Below are positions 1 to 7,594 of a stretch of DNA of 14,480 nt, one piece after another. Below the pieces are notes generated by a model. The model was not told the origin of the DNA. It did not search any database and saw nothing but the letters and a program-made list of their open reading frames with translations. This DNA is from a virus (Duplodnaviria; Heunggongvirae; Uroviricota; Caudoviricetes). The stretch lies in the IMG/VR virus record IMGVR_UViG_2778261572_000004; one strand, written 5' to 3'. The translations under genes were made by a program, and so were the position numbers. The number at the start of each line of letters is the position of its first letter. The first letter of the stretch is position 1.

Positions 1-167
1 TCACTGTCCAGCACCGGCGTACTGTTCAGCAGCACGCTTTTTAATCCATCCACCGGACCTTCAATCGGCCCTTCGCTGATGACATCGATCACACTCAGCA
101 GCTGCGTGGACTTCAGGTTGTCCTTCGCTTCGCGCGGGGTATGCCCCTTACTGCTGCCTTTACCCAT
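1..167 (-). CDS. J: Tail tip / central tail fibre protein J, N-terminal fragment; gene continues beyond the window start
   Basis: Reverse-complement reading from an ATG at 167-165 gives MGKGSSKGHTPREAKDNLKSTQLLSVIDVISEGPIEGPVDGLKSVLLNSTPVLDS, open to position 1. A GAGG Shine-Dalgarno sits a few nt upstream. Position immediately after gene I matches the lambda order. Missing from the ORF track only because the fragment is under 60 aa. Confidence 0.8.
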   Translation of the reverse strand, partial: MGKGSSKGHTPREAKDNLKSTQLLSVIDVISEGPIEGPVDGLKSVLLNSTPVLDS

Positions 168-227
168 TCCTCACGCTCCATAAACGACAAAACCGCCCGC
201 AGGCGGTTTCACATAAAACATTTTTCA

Positions 228-869
228 TCAGCGACCAATCACCACAACCTGACCACCGTCCCCTTCGTCTGCCGTGCTGATCTCCTGAGAAACAACCCGC
301 GACCCCACACGCATTTCACCGTACAGAACGGGCAGGACATTGCCCTGGGCAACCATATTATCCAGTGAAGAAAAATAGGTGTTCTGTTTGCCGTTATCCG
401 TTGTCTGTGTGCGGGGGGTTTTGGGTTTAGGGGCCAGCATCTGTGCAACACCGCCAAGCGTCATACTGGCACCGAGAGAAAACAGCAGATTACTCGCCAT
501 AATTCCTACCCCCGGCATCCATATAGCAACCGCCATAACAGCCGCCCCCAGCACAGCCTGAAACACACCGCCACTTTTGGCTCCTGCCAGACGCGGCACG
601 ATATGGATCACAGCACCATTTGCCAGCGGTTCATTAAGACGGGCTGATAATTCCGTTTCACCTGCATCACGCCCGGCAATGCGTACCTGATACCAGCCGT
701 CGCTCAGTTTCTGACGAAACGCCGGGATCTGCGTGGCCAGCGCCCGGATGGCTTCGGCCCCCGTTTTCACACGAAGGTCGATGCGGCGGCCAAATCGTTG
801 TAAATCCCCGTAAAGGCAGATGCGTGCCATTCCCGGTGACGCCAGAGGGAGTGTGTGCGTCGCTGCCAT
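228..869 (-). CDS. I: Tail assembly protein I (lambda gpI-like)
   Basis: 213-aa ORF beginning MAATHTLPLASPGMARICLYGDLQRFGRRIDLRVKTG with a hydrophobic glycine-rich middle, as recalled for lambda gpI. Its 5' end overlaps the 3' end of K by about 100 nt, as in lambda. Stop TGA at 230-228. Confidence 0.9.
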   Translation of the reverse strand: MAATHTLPLASPGMARICLYGDLQRFGRRIDLRVKTGAEAIRALATQIPAFRQKLSDGWYQVRIAGRDAGETELSARLNEPLANGAVIHIVPRLAGAKSGGVFQAVLGAAVMAVAIWMPGVGIMASNLLFSLGASMTLGGVAQMLAPKPKTPRTQTTDNGKQNTYFSSLDNMVAQGNVLPVLYGEMRVGSRVVSQEISTADEGDGGQVVVIGR

Positions 870-1510
870 TTGTCGGTATACCTCTCTCGTTTGCTCAGTT
901 GTTCAGGAATATGGTGCAGCAGCTCGCCGTCACCACAGTAAATGGCGGCATGATTCGGCACCGATGAACCAAAACAGCACAACAGCACATCGCCCGGTTG
1001 TGCTGATGACAACGGCACCTGATACAGCCCCGTGGCCTCCAGATTATCCAGATAGAGATTCTGACCGTTACGCCACCAGTCATCCCCGCGATGAAAATCC
1101 GGCATCTCAATCCCCGCCAGATGATAAGCATCCCGGAACAGCGTGTAACAATCCGTCACCCCGTGCTCAAAGCGCCGCCCGGTGAGATGCGGCACACAGC
1201 GGAACTTATGAATCGTCCCCCGACAGACCAGCCACCACGGCAAATCACTCTGCACCTGCAGCCGCCGGTCGGCCTCACTCAGCCAGGGCAGACCACCGGG
1301 GTGGCTGTGGACCAGCGCCACAATCTCACCCTGCATTTCTGCCTGCAGCCAGTCCTCCGGCGACAGCCTGAAATACGCCTCCGGCTTACCGGAGATATTC
1401 ACACAGGGAAAATATCTTTCCCCTTCCGGCGTTCTCACCACGAAGCCGCACGACTCCGCTGGCGCACATCGCCGGGCGTGCGCCAGAATCGCTGATTCTG
1501 TCTCTGTCAT
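767..1510 (-). CDS. K: Tail tip assembly protein K (JAMM/MPN plus NlpC/P60 peptidase domains)
   Basis: The ORF-track start at 1552 is a TTG; the first ATG is at 1510 (MTETESAILAHARRCAPAESCGF...). The protein carries a HSHPGG...SEAD JAMM-like motif and a C-terminal NlpC/P60-like Cys/His region. ATG lies 4 nt after the L stop, suggesting translational coupling. Confidence 0.85.
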   Translation of the reverse strand: MTETESAILAHARRCAPAESCGFVVRTPEGERYFPCVNISGKPEAYFRLSPEDWLQAEMQGEIVALVHSHPGGLPWLSEADRRLQVQSDLPWWLVCRGTIHKFRCVPHLTGRRFEHGVTDCYTLFRDAYHLAGIEMPDFHRGDDWWRNGQNLYLDNLEATGLYQVPLSSAQPGDVLLCCFGSSVPNHAAIYCGDGELLHHIPEQLSKRERYTDKWQRRTHSLWRHREWHASAFTGIYNDLAAASTFV

Positions 1511-1514
1511 GGGT

Positions 1515-2213
1515 TTACTGCGAAAGTTTGTTAATGGAAAGGAAGCCGCCAAAGTTGCCGACGTTATTGCGGAACTTACATCCGCTCAGGCATTTGCTGC
1601 ATTTATCCTTCGTGATATCGGACGTTGGCTGGTCATATTCATCCGCGACCGCCGGACCGTGATAACCGCACTCATCACCACGATAGGTCCAGGTACAGGT
1701 GTTGGCCAGCATGATGCGCCCCGGAAAAACGGCACCATCCGTTTCCGTCGGCGTGGAGAGCACAAAGGAGGCACTCACCGCACTCAGTTCGCTGCACTGC
1801 TCAATGCGCCAGCGGCTGATCACCTCCTGCTCCGGATCGGCGTCACTGTTTCCGTTGACGAAGTTCACCGCATCCAGAAAACGGGCGTAAACCTTACGCC
1901 GGACCACCGTTCCGCCGACCAGACTCTGCAGATCTTCGGCCATCCCGGTGACCATGCCGTGCAGATTAGAGACTTTCAGCGTTGGCCTTGCACTGGCTCC
2001 CTTGCCGTTCATCTCAAAGCCGCTCCCCTGAATAGGGTACGCCTGATACTGTCGCCCCTGCCATGTGACCGGCTCACCTTTTTCGTTCTGCTCATTACAG
2101 AAAAAATAACGATCTCCGCCGACCTCTGTCAGATCAATTTCCCAGAGCACGACCAGCGCGGATTGCTCCGTTTTAGTGCACTCATTAAGTGTTTCCTGCT
2201 GTATATCCTGCAT
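1515..2213 (-). CDS. L: Minor tail protein L (lambda gpL-like)
   Basis: 232-aa ORF MQDIQQETLNECTKTEQSALVVLWEIDLTEVGG..., with a C-terminal Cys cluster (CSKCLSGC). Its ATG at 2213-2211 overlaps the TGA of M (ATGA arrangement). Confidence 0.93.
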   Translation of the reverse strand: MQDIQQETLNECTKTEQSALVVLWEIDLTEVGGDRYFFCNEQNEKGEPVTWQGRQYQAYPIQGSGFEMNGKGASARPTLKVSNLHGMVTGMAEDLQSLVGGTVVRRKVYARFLDAVNFVNGNSDADPEQEVISRWRIEQCSELSAVSASFVLSTPTETDGAVFPGRIMLANTCTWTYRGDECGYHGPAVADEYDQPTSDITKDKCSKCLSGCKFRNNVGNFGGFLSINKLSQ

Positions 2214-2554
2214 CAGTGAGTGACCTCTTCAAAGGTACAGTTAAAATCGGTATACATGGCATTATCCGAAATACTCCACTCCCTGCAGACAACCCGGACG
2301 GTCCTGTTGTATTTTGGCGGACGCCACAAAAAAGCACGCATCCCGGCATGACGGGATAAAAAACTGTCCAGCGCGGCACGGGAATATTCATCTGTGACAC
2401 GAAATACCGGTTTAAACGTTTTCAGATCCGCATTCAGACCACCAGCCCGTCGCTGTTCATATCCGTCACCAAACTTTACCGTAATAACTGATGGCTTTCG
2501 TGTCGTCTCCATCCCCTCACGGGGGATCCAGTTAAAAACTTCAGGCTCAGGCAC
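2213..2554 (-). CDS. M: Minor tail protein M (gpM family)
   Basis: Conserved F.W...GM....PSV..V.FGDGY.QR N-terminal signature of gpM-like proteins. The ORF-track start at 2599 is a TTG. I favour the GTG at 2554-2552, which has a GGAGGA Shine-Dalgarno 7 nt upstream; the in-frame ATG at 2569 is the alternative. Overlaps the 3' end of the tape measure gene. Confidence 0.75.
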   Translation of the reverse strand: MPEPEVFNWIPREGMETTRKPSVITVKFGDGYEQRRAGGLNADLKTFKPVFRVTDEYSRAALDSFLSRHAGMRAFLWRPPKYNRTVRVVCREWSISDNAMYTDFNCTFEEVTH

Positions 2555-5500
2555 TGTACAATCCTCCATCCCGACGCGATGACTGCATAATTGACACAAC
2601 CCTGCTGTCGATCAGATCCACCAGTCCCCTGGCTGAGCGCGCATCTATCTCGCCATTGCTCCCTTGATTCTGAATGCTGATGTGATACACGGGAGAATAA
2701 ACAAATCCACCGCCACCATTCACATTTCCAATGGCCCTGACCCCAAGAGAGCCGTCCGCTGCCCGTGTCAGTGGCATGATTGCTTCAGGCCCGGCCTCGC
2801 CCATCAACCCGGCACCTTTCGCAAAAGCAAAATACGTCGGTGTATCCACAATAGTGTTACTGTAAGCACTCAGATTTGCCGATGTGTAAACACCACCTTT
2901 TGCGTTTGCCACTGCCCCCGAAATCCATCCGCCGACCGTACCAAGCCACCCTCCGGCACCGGAGAGTGATTTCAGTCCGTTAACAATGGCTGCATTCATC
3001 AGAATTTTTGAAACTTCCCGGAGAACTGAACTCCCCCAGTTCCTCCAGTCCACAACATTCCCGGCCAGTGCATCGGAAATATTTGATACCAGCCCGTCCA
3101 TCGTGGAAACGACAGCATCTGCCGCCTGTGAAGCATAATCGGTGGCACTGTCTGCCCAGTTGGTCAGTCCCTCCTGGAGTCCGGCATTCCAGTTATTACG
3201 TAAAGCATCGGCCTTTGCATAATAATTCTGCTGATCGCTGAGACGCTCTTCCAGATATTTTTTATTCAGTTCTTTCTCCTGTTTCCACAGGGCTTCTTCA
3301 ATTTCTCCGGCCTGATACTGTCTCAGCAGCTCGTTATTTTTCTGCTCAAACGTCTGCCGGATACTCCACATTTCCTGGAGTCGTTCACGCATCCGTGAGC
3401 CTTCACCATATCCCAGCAACTGCGCTTCGTCAGATGCCCGGGCACTGGCATTACTGTCCGCCAGACTGCTCTCATACGCAGCAAGCTGCTCACGAATCTT
3501 TTTCTGGTCGATGAGTGCTGCATTCTGCAAAAGCGTTTTTTTCTGCGCTTCTGACAGGGTTGATAATTCGCCCTGACTGACCTGATATTTCATCTTAGCC
3601 AGTTCAGTATTCTGCCCTGCCAGTGCTATCTGTTCTTTTTGCTGTTTAATCAGCCGTTTATAAATATCCTCTGTTTTTTCCGCTTCGGTTTTTTTATGCG
3701 GTTTATTTGCCTGGTTATTTCGCCAGGCATCCAGTGAGTTATTGATATAATTCTGTCTGGCTGTCTGATACGCCTCTCCCACAAAGCCGAGATCATCCGC
3801 AGCATAGCCCAGTCGGGCACGCTCACGCGCTTCCCCCTTCAGGCGGGACAGAGCCAGTTCGCGCTTGCTGTTATTCAGTGCGGTCTGCTGTTTATCATCC
3901 AGGGTTGCCTGTGGTAGCCGTAACGGTACATTCACCAGCCCCTGTCGCTGCTGAAGTAATTCATTACCAAGCCCGAGAAGGCGATTAAACTCGGTATGCT
4001 GCCCATTCATGATCAACAGGGACTGATACGCTTTGTTTTGTTCCGCTGCCTGTTGACGGATCAACGCCACCCGTCGCTCCTCCAGCCTGGCAAGCACATC
4101 CTGAATGGATTGCGCTTTGCCCTGCATTTGAGTGAGACGGGATTGTTCAACTGCCAGTTGATTTGTTGCTTCGGCAAGCCCTTTAAGGATGATTTCAGCA
4201 CCCGAACCACTCTGCGAACTTTCATCAAGCCAACGTTGATAATCAGCAATTTGATTTTTCAGTCCGCGAATTTTTCCTTCCTGTTCGCTAATCAGGCGAT
4301 TTTGTTCCTCCAGTGCCTGCCGCGTCTTTTCCTCATTATCTGACGCTTCAGGAAGCGACATTGCCGACGTTTTCTGGCGAATTTCGTCGATTGTTGCGGC
4401 ATACTGGCGTGCAGATTCTCTGGCCTGCTCCTGATTCTGATACATCGTGTACCAGGCCGCAGCCCCCAGCATGACGAGTCCCGGCACACCACCAACCAGC
4501 CCCAGTGCGCCACTTAATAAACGACTCCCCACTGACGTAACATTATTCAGCGTTGTCTGTGCCGCTGTTCTGGCCGCAATATTACGGGTAAGTGACGCCT
4601 GGGCAGCTGTCAGCTTCGCTTCTGCTGCGGCCTGCCTTTCGGTACCGCGAGCAGCAACAACCGCCTGTTGCGCACGATAAACCGCCGCACGCGCCCTGGC
4701 GGTTGCTATCTGTGTCCCCCGAAGTTGCGCTTCAGCAAGAGCCACTTCGTTTCTGGCTGCAGTAATTAATCCGGCAGTTGCAGATCCAGCAGACGACGCC
4801 ATATTGCCAAAATATCGGGCTACCCCGACGGCAACCAGAGCACCGACAGCGGTTGCCACGGTGTCAATGTTGCCTGCAACACCATTCAGCACCCCGGAGA
4901 GCGCCTTCGTCACTCCGCTTGCCTCGTTCGCACCACCAACCCAGGCCATAAAGGCGTTTTCAACTTTGATTGCAGAGGATGAAACCGTATCAGGCATTGC
5001 TGCATATTCATCACGCAACGCCCCAAGCTGGCTAATCAACGCAGGAACAACCTTATCGGCGGTCAGCTTTCCGTCATCCGCCATGGCCTTCAGATCCTTA
5101 CGGGCAACGCCCATTCCCGCAGCCAGCGCACGAATAACACGATCACCGCTCTCATTCACGGCGTTAAACTCTTCACCACGCAGCACTCCCTGTGCCAGTG
5201 CCTGGCTGAACTGCGTGATCACCGAACTGGCTTCTGCTGCACTGGCGCCGGATAATTTCAGCCCCGTGAAGATCGCCTCGGTGACTTTCAGTACCACCTC
5301 AGAACTGTAACCATACTCTCGCATGGAAGCTGCAGAGCGGGCAAAAAGGCTGGCGTTATCAGAAAAAGCCGTCCCCGTTCTCTGGCTGATTGCCATTAAT
5401 TCACGTTGTGATGCCTGAAAATCATCACTGGACTGCGTGGCCTGCTTCAGACGGGCATTTACTGAACTCCATTCATCCGCAAGAGATATTAGATGTCCAG

Positions 5501-5747
5501 TGGCAAAAGCACCGGCAAATGCCCCCGCCATATTCAGTGCCGAAGACTTCGCCGTATTTATCTGATCCGTCACTTCTGCCAGTGCACGCCGCATTTCACG
5601 GGATGCAGCAGCAGACTGTCGGCCTCCGTTCTGCATGGTGCGGTAGTAATCCTGCCCCATACGCGAAGCCCGGGCGATCTCTGACTGGAATGACCGGGAG
5701 TTTGCCGAGATTTTAATAATCAGTTCACGTAATGTCGCCACACTCAT
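2547..5747 (-). CDS. Tail tape measure protein (about 1066 aa)
   Basis: Very long alanine/glutamine-rich protein with coiled-coil character, a GEEFNAVNE-type N-terminal TMP motif and a glycine-rich hydrophobic C-terminus, in the canonical position between G-T and M. The ORF-track start at 5867 lies inside the upstream gene (different frame) and upstream of a hairpin; the start is placed at the ATG at 5747 (MSVATLRELIIK...), which follows a GGAGA motif. Confidence 0.85.
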   Translation of the reverse strand: MSVATLRELIIKISANSRSFQSEIARASRMGQDYYRTMQNGGRQSAAASREMRRALAEVTDQINTAKSSALNMAGAFAGAFATGHLISLADEWSSVNARLKQATQSSDDFQASQRELMAISQRTGTAFSDNASLFARSAASMREYGYSSEVVLKVTEAIFTGLKLSGASAAEASSVITQFSQALAQGVLRGEEFNAVNESGDRVIRALAAGMGVARKDLKAMADDGKLTADKVVPALISQLGALRDEYAAMPDTVSSSAIKVENAFMAWVGGANEASGVTKALSGVLNGVAGNIDTVATAVGALVAVGVARYFGNMASSAGSATAGLITAARNEVALAEAQLRGTQIATARARAAVYRAQQAVVAARGTERQAAAEAKLTAAQASLTRNIAARTAAQTTLNNVTSVGSRLLSGALGLVGGVPGLVMLGAAAWYTMYQNQEQARESARQYAATIDEIRQKTSAMSLPEASDNEEKTRQALEEQNRLISEQEGKIRGLKNQIADYQRWLDESSQSGSGAEIILKGLAEATNQLAVEQSRLTQMQGKAQSIQDVLARLEERRVALIRQQAAEQNKAYQSLLIMNGQHTEFNRLLGLGNELLQQRQGLVNVPLRLPQATLDDKQQTALNNSKRELALSRLKGEARERARLGYAADDLGFVGEAYQTARQNYINNSLDAWRNNQANKPHKKTEAEKTEDIYKRLIKQQKEQIALAGQNTELAKMKYQVSQGELSTLSEAQKKTLLQNAALIDQKKIREQLAAYESSLADSNASARASDEAQLLGYGEGSRMRERLQEMWSIRQTFEQKNNELLRQYQAGEIEEALWKQEKELNKKYLEERLSDQQNYYAKADALRNNWNAGLQEGLTNWADSATDYASQAADAVVSTMDGLVSNISDALAGNVVDWRNWGSSVLREVSKILMNAAIVNGLKSLSGAGGWLGTVGGWISGAVANAKGGVYTSANLSAYSNTIVDTPTYFAFAKGAGLMGEAGPEAIMPLTRAADGSLGVRAIGNVNGGGGFVYSPVYHISIQNQGSNGEIDARSARGLVDLIDSRVVSIMQSSRRDGGLYSA

Positions 5748-5757
5748 TCTCCGGACG

Positions 5758-5783
5758 AAAAAAAAACCGCCGAAGCGGTTTTT
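5758..5783 (-). terminator. Putative rho-independent terminator downstream of the inserted gene
   Basis: In mRNA sense: AAAAA-CCGC-UUCG-GCGG followed by 9 U. A short GC stem closed by a UUCG tetraloop with flanking A and U runs, immediately 3' of the stop at 5793-5791 and 5' of the tape measure start. Also reads as a weaker hairpin plus T5 on the plus strand. Confidence 0.55.
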
Positions 5784-5790
5784 GTATTCT

Positions 5791-6132
5791 TTAAAGAAGT
5801 CCGGCCTTACGCCTTGCTTCCTGAAGATATTCATCATCCGTTTTTTGTGAAACGGAACTATCTGCATTGCAAATTAAATCACTACCACAATGCTTACATT
5901 TAATAGCCTCTTCTTTGATCAACTCCGCACAGTAAGGGCATTTCTTCATGCCATTGCTTACCATTTGTTGTTCATGTGCCTTCTCATCTCTTTGGATTAC
6001 TAGCGAATGAACCAGAGCAACAATAAAGATCATCGCACCATATACCCACCATCCTAAAAATGAGCGACCTTTGCTTTTCGCAATAATAGCTGGAATTAGT
6101 CCCAAAACTATTGAAATAAGTAAAAATTCCAT
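5791..6132 (-). CDS. Moron-like insert: small inner-membrane protein with two predicted TM helices and a C-terminal CxxC-x(n)-CxxC zinc ribbon; candidate superinfection-exclusion or defence protein
   Basis: 113 aa from the ATG at 6132 (the ORF-track M at 6135 is a TTG): [51 protein letters not shown]...[23 protein letters not shown]... AAGGA Shine-Dalgarno 7 nt upstream. Visibly AT-richer than all flanking genes. Sits between G-T and the tape measure gene, which are normally adjacent. Confidence 0.7.
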   Translation of the reverse strand: MEFLLISIVLGLIPAIIAKSKGRSFLGWWVYGAMIFIVALVHSLVIQRDEKAHEQQMVSNGMKKCPYCAELIKEEAIKCKHCGSDLICNADSSVSQKTDDEYLQEARRKAGLL

Positions 6133-6149
6133 CAATGTTTCCTTACTTT

Positions 6150-6182
6150 CTCAATAAAATGGGAATAATAATCCAGTCAAGT
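6150..6182 (-). promoter_or_regulatory. Possible sigma70-type promoter for the inserted gene
   Basis: On the minus strand, TTGACT (5/6 match to the -35 consensus) lies in the 55-nt gap after the G-T stop, followed 15-18 nt later by weak -10 candidates (TTTATT / TTATTG), then the SD and ATG. The -10 element is poor, so this is tentative. Confidence 0.25.
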
Positions 6183-6189
6183 GAAAAGA

Positions 6190-6878
6190 TCATCGAGCTG
6201 CAACAAATAATGCCTTCTCAATCTCAGCAAATGGATCTGAGGTGCCTTCTGTCTGCTCCTTCTCCCACTGAAGAAGCGCATCATTCAGTGGCACTTTGAC
6301 CCCCTGCGCACCGTAAACAGCTGAAACAATCTGGGCAGCCCGGATATCAGCCCGTTCGTCCCCCAGCGGGCTGAACCTGTCAAATTCTGCCCACATCATG
6401 ATTTCTGATGCGGACATTTCCCGGCGTAACTCTGACAATGTGCGCCCCATCCTGAGCGCCAGCATCATCAGAAAACGCATCCCCGGAAGCGCTACTTTTT
6501 TTTAACCTCTCCGGCATCACTGATCAGTTCCAGAGACTGGCGAAGAAGCCGGGCATGCACCGGACCATACACGGCAATCACCTGTTCACGATCACCCTCT
6601 GAAAATACGGGTTGCAGCCCGGTATCACATAGAACATCAATGAACAGTTCAACGTCCGCCTCCAGATTTCGGCGGGCACGCTCTGCAACAGATGGCGATG
6701 TATCATCTTCCCTGGCTTTAACGATCTCCTGCCAGCGCAACCAGGCTTCTGCAGAAGGTTCCCGTAACACAACCGTTGCCCCTTCCCATTCAGGCACATC
6801 AACGGTTTTATGGCGAAACCCCGACATCGTTGCCAGTGCCAGATTACGGATATTTTTAGTCATCACACCCATCCTCAT
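6190..6878 (-). CDS. Tail assembly chaperone G-T fusion, produced by programmed -1 ribosomal frameshift near 6495-6504
   Basis: The G frame ends ...GEVKKK-stop (TAG at 6494-6492). The last codons lie in the run GTT AAA AAA AAG. The -1 frame is open from 6501 and continues through VALPG into the 96-aa ORF at 6190..6480 (MRFLMMLALRMGR...). Same gene position and logic as the lambda G/GT frameshift. Confidence 0.8.
6492..6878 (-). CDS. Tail assembly chaperone (gpG-like), unshifted product
   Basis: 128-aa acidic protein directly downstream of the major tail gene and upstream of the tape measure gene, ending in a slippery A-run. The ATG at 6878 overlaps the major tail stop (TAATG); an in-frame ATG at 6863 (MTKNIRNL...) with a GAGG 9 nt upstream is an alternative start. 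Confidence 0.8.
   Translation of the reverse strand: MRMGVMTKNIRNLALATMSGFRHKTVDVPEWEGATVVLREPSAEAWLRWQEIVKAREDDTSPSVAERARRNLEADVELFIDVLCDTGLQPVFSEGDREQVIAVYGPVHARLLRQSLELISDAGEVKKK
6495..6504 (-). other. Slippery heptamer A AAA AAG (8-A run) for the G-T -1 frameshift
   Basis: Plus-strand T8 at 6496-6503; in mRNA sense GTT AAA AAA AAG TAG. Shifting -1 at A AAA AAG enters the downstream ORF frame (codon tops congruent to 0 mod 3). Confidence 0.8.
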
Positions 6879-7582
6879 TAACTGACGGTTACAGTGCAGG
6901 AAGTGGAGGTCACCTTGTTAACCGGGCTTGCAGAATCAGAAATCTCGCAGGTATACGCACCCGCATCACCGGATACTGCTGATGCCTTGCTGAACGTTGC
7001 CGCTGTCTGTCCGGAAACAGGAGAACCACCTTTTTTCCAGGCATAAGAATAAGGCGGCACACCACCCGCAGCCTCAACCACCATTTCGAGTTTCGCTCCG
7101 GCAGAAACCTGCAGCGTGCTGTTTAAATCGACCTTCACTTTCAGCGGCTCTGTCGTCAGCACAGGTTTACCTTTCAGACGCAGGGAAAACGTTGCAGCCA
7201 CAACACCATTGGTTCCTGCAGACCAGGTATGCTGACGCACCTCTGCCATAAAGGTAAATCCGTTGCCTGACGGAAAAATAACTTTAAAGCCATACGTGGT
7301 GTCATTGTCATAGGCACTGCGCAACGCGTTCTGGGCAGCGTTGAGATAAAAGTTTCCTGACATGGAAATCTCTGAAGCAGCCCCAAGACCGTTAATATTT
7401 TCCTGCTCAACAGAACACAGCGTAGTGACATCAATATCCTGCTTTTGTCCAGCGGTAAACTGCACTTCTTTGATTGTACAGCTCAGCCCAAGAAAGCTGG
7501 CAGAATCCAGGGTTTCTGCTGTTACCGGTGCAGACGAAATCATAATTTTCGTCAGTTGCGAACGCTCAAAATTAGAGGACAT
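6878..7582 (-). CDS. Major tail protein with C-terminal Ig-like (Big_2-type) domain
   Basis: 234 aa from the ATG at 7582 (MSSNFERSQLTKIM...), which has an AGGAG Shine-Dalgarno 6 nt upstream. The C-terminal ~80 aa (VKVDLNSTLQVSAGAKLEMVVEAAGGVPPYSYAWKK...YTCEISD...) looks like a bacterial Ig-like domain, as on lambda gpV. The in-frame ATG at 7633 is an alternative but would place the hairpin and U-tract inside the coding sequence. Confidence 0.8.
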   Translation of the reverse strand: MSSNFERSQLTKIMISSAPVTAETLDSASFLGLSCTIKEVQFTAGQKQDIDVTTLCSVEQENINGLGAASEISMSGNFYLNAAQNALRSAYDNDTTYGFKVIFPSGNGFTFMAEVRQHTWSAGTNGVVAATFSLRLKGKPVLTTEPLKVKVDLNSTLQVSAGAKLEMVVEAAGGVPPYSYAWKKGGSPVSGQTAATFSKASAVSGDAGAYTCEISDSASPVNKVTSTSCTVTVS

Positions 7583-7594
7583 ACTCGTCTCCTG

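Noticed and set aside
1511-1552. Upstream extension of gene K to position 1552
   Set aside because: The codon at 1552 is TTG and the extension would overlap the end of L; the first ATG at 1510 gives a product beginning MTETES, which fits the K family better.
1509-2219. 236-aa plus-strand ORF
   Set aside because: Antisense to gene L, whose product is convincingly coding; arginine-rich translation with no recognisable features.
4804-5310. 168-aa plus-strand ORF, plus other plus-strand ORFs inside the tape measure gene (2664..2969, 3996..4343, 4447..4680, 5390..5716)
   Set aside because: All are antisense frames within the 3.2-kb tape measure gene; Ala/Ser/Thr/Pro-rich translations are the expected mirror of an Ala/Gln-rich coding strand.
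5748-5867. N-terminal extension of the tape measure ORF to the ATG at 5867 (1106-aa version)
   Set aside because: The extension overlaps the last 77 nt of the inserted gene in another frame and spans the hairpin/U-tract. The ATG at 5747 follows a GGAGA motif and begins a plausible tape measure N-terminus, so the longer form is probably an ORF-finder artefact.
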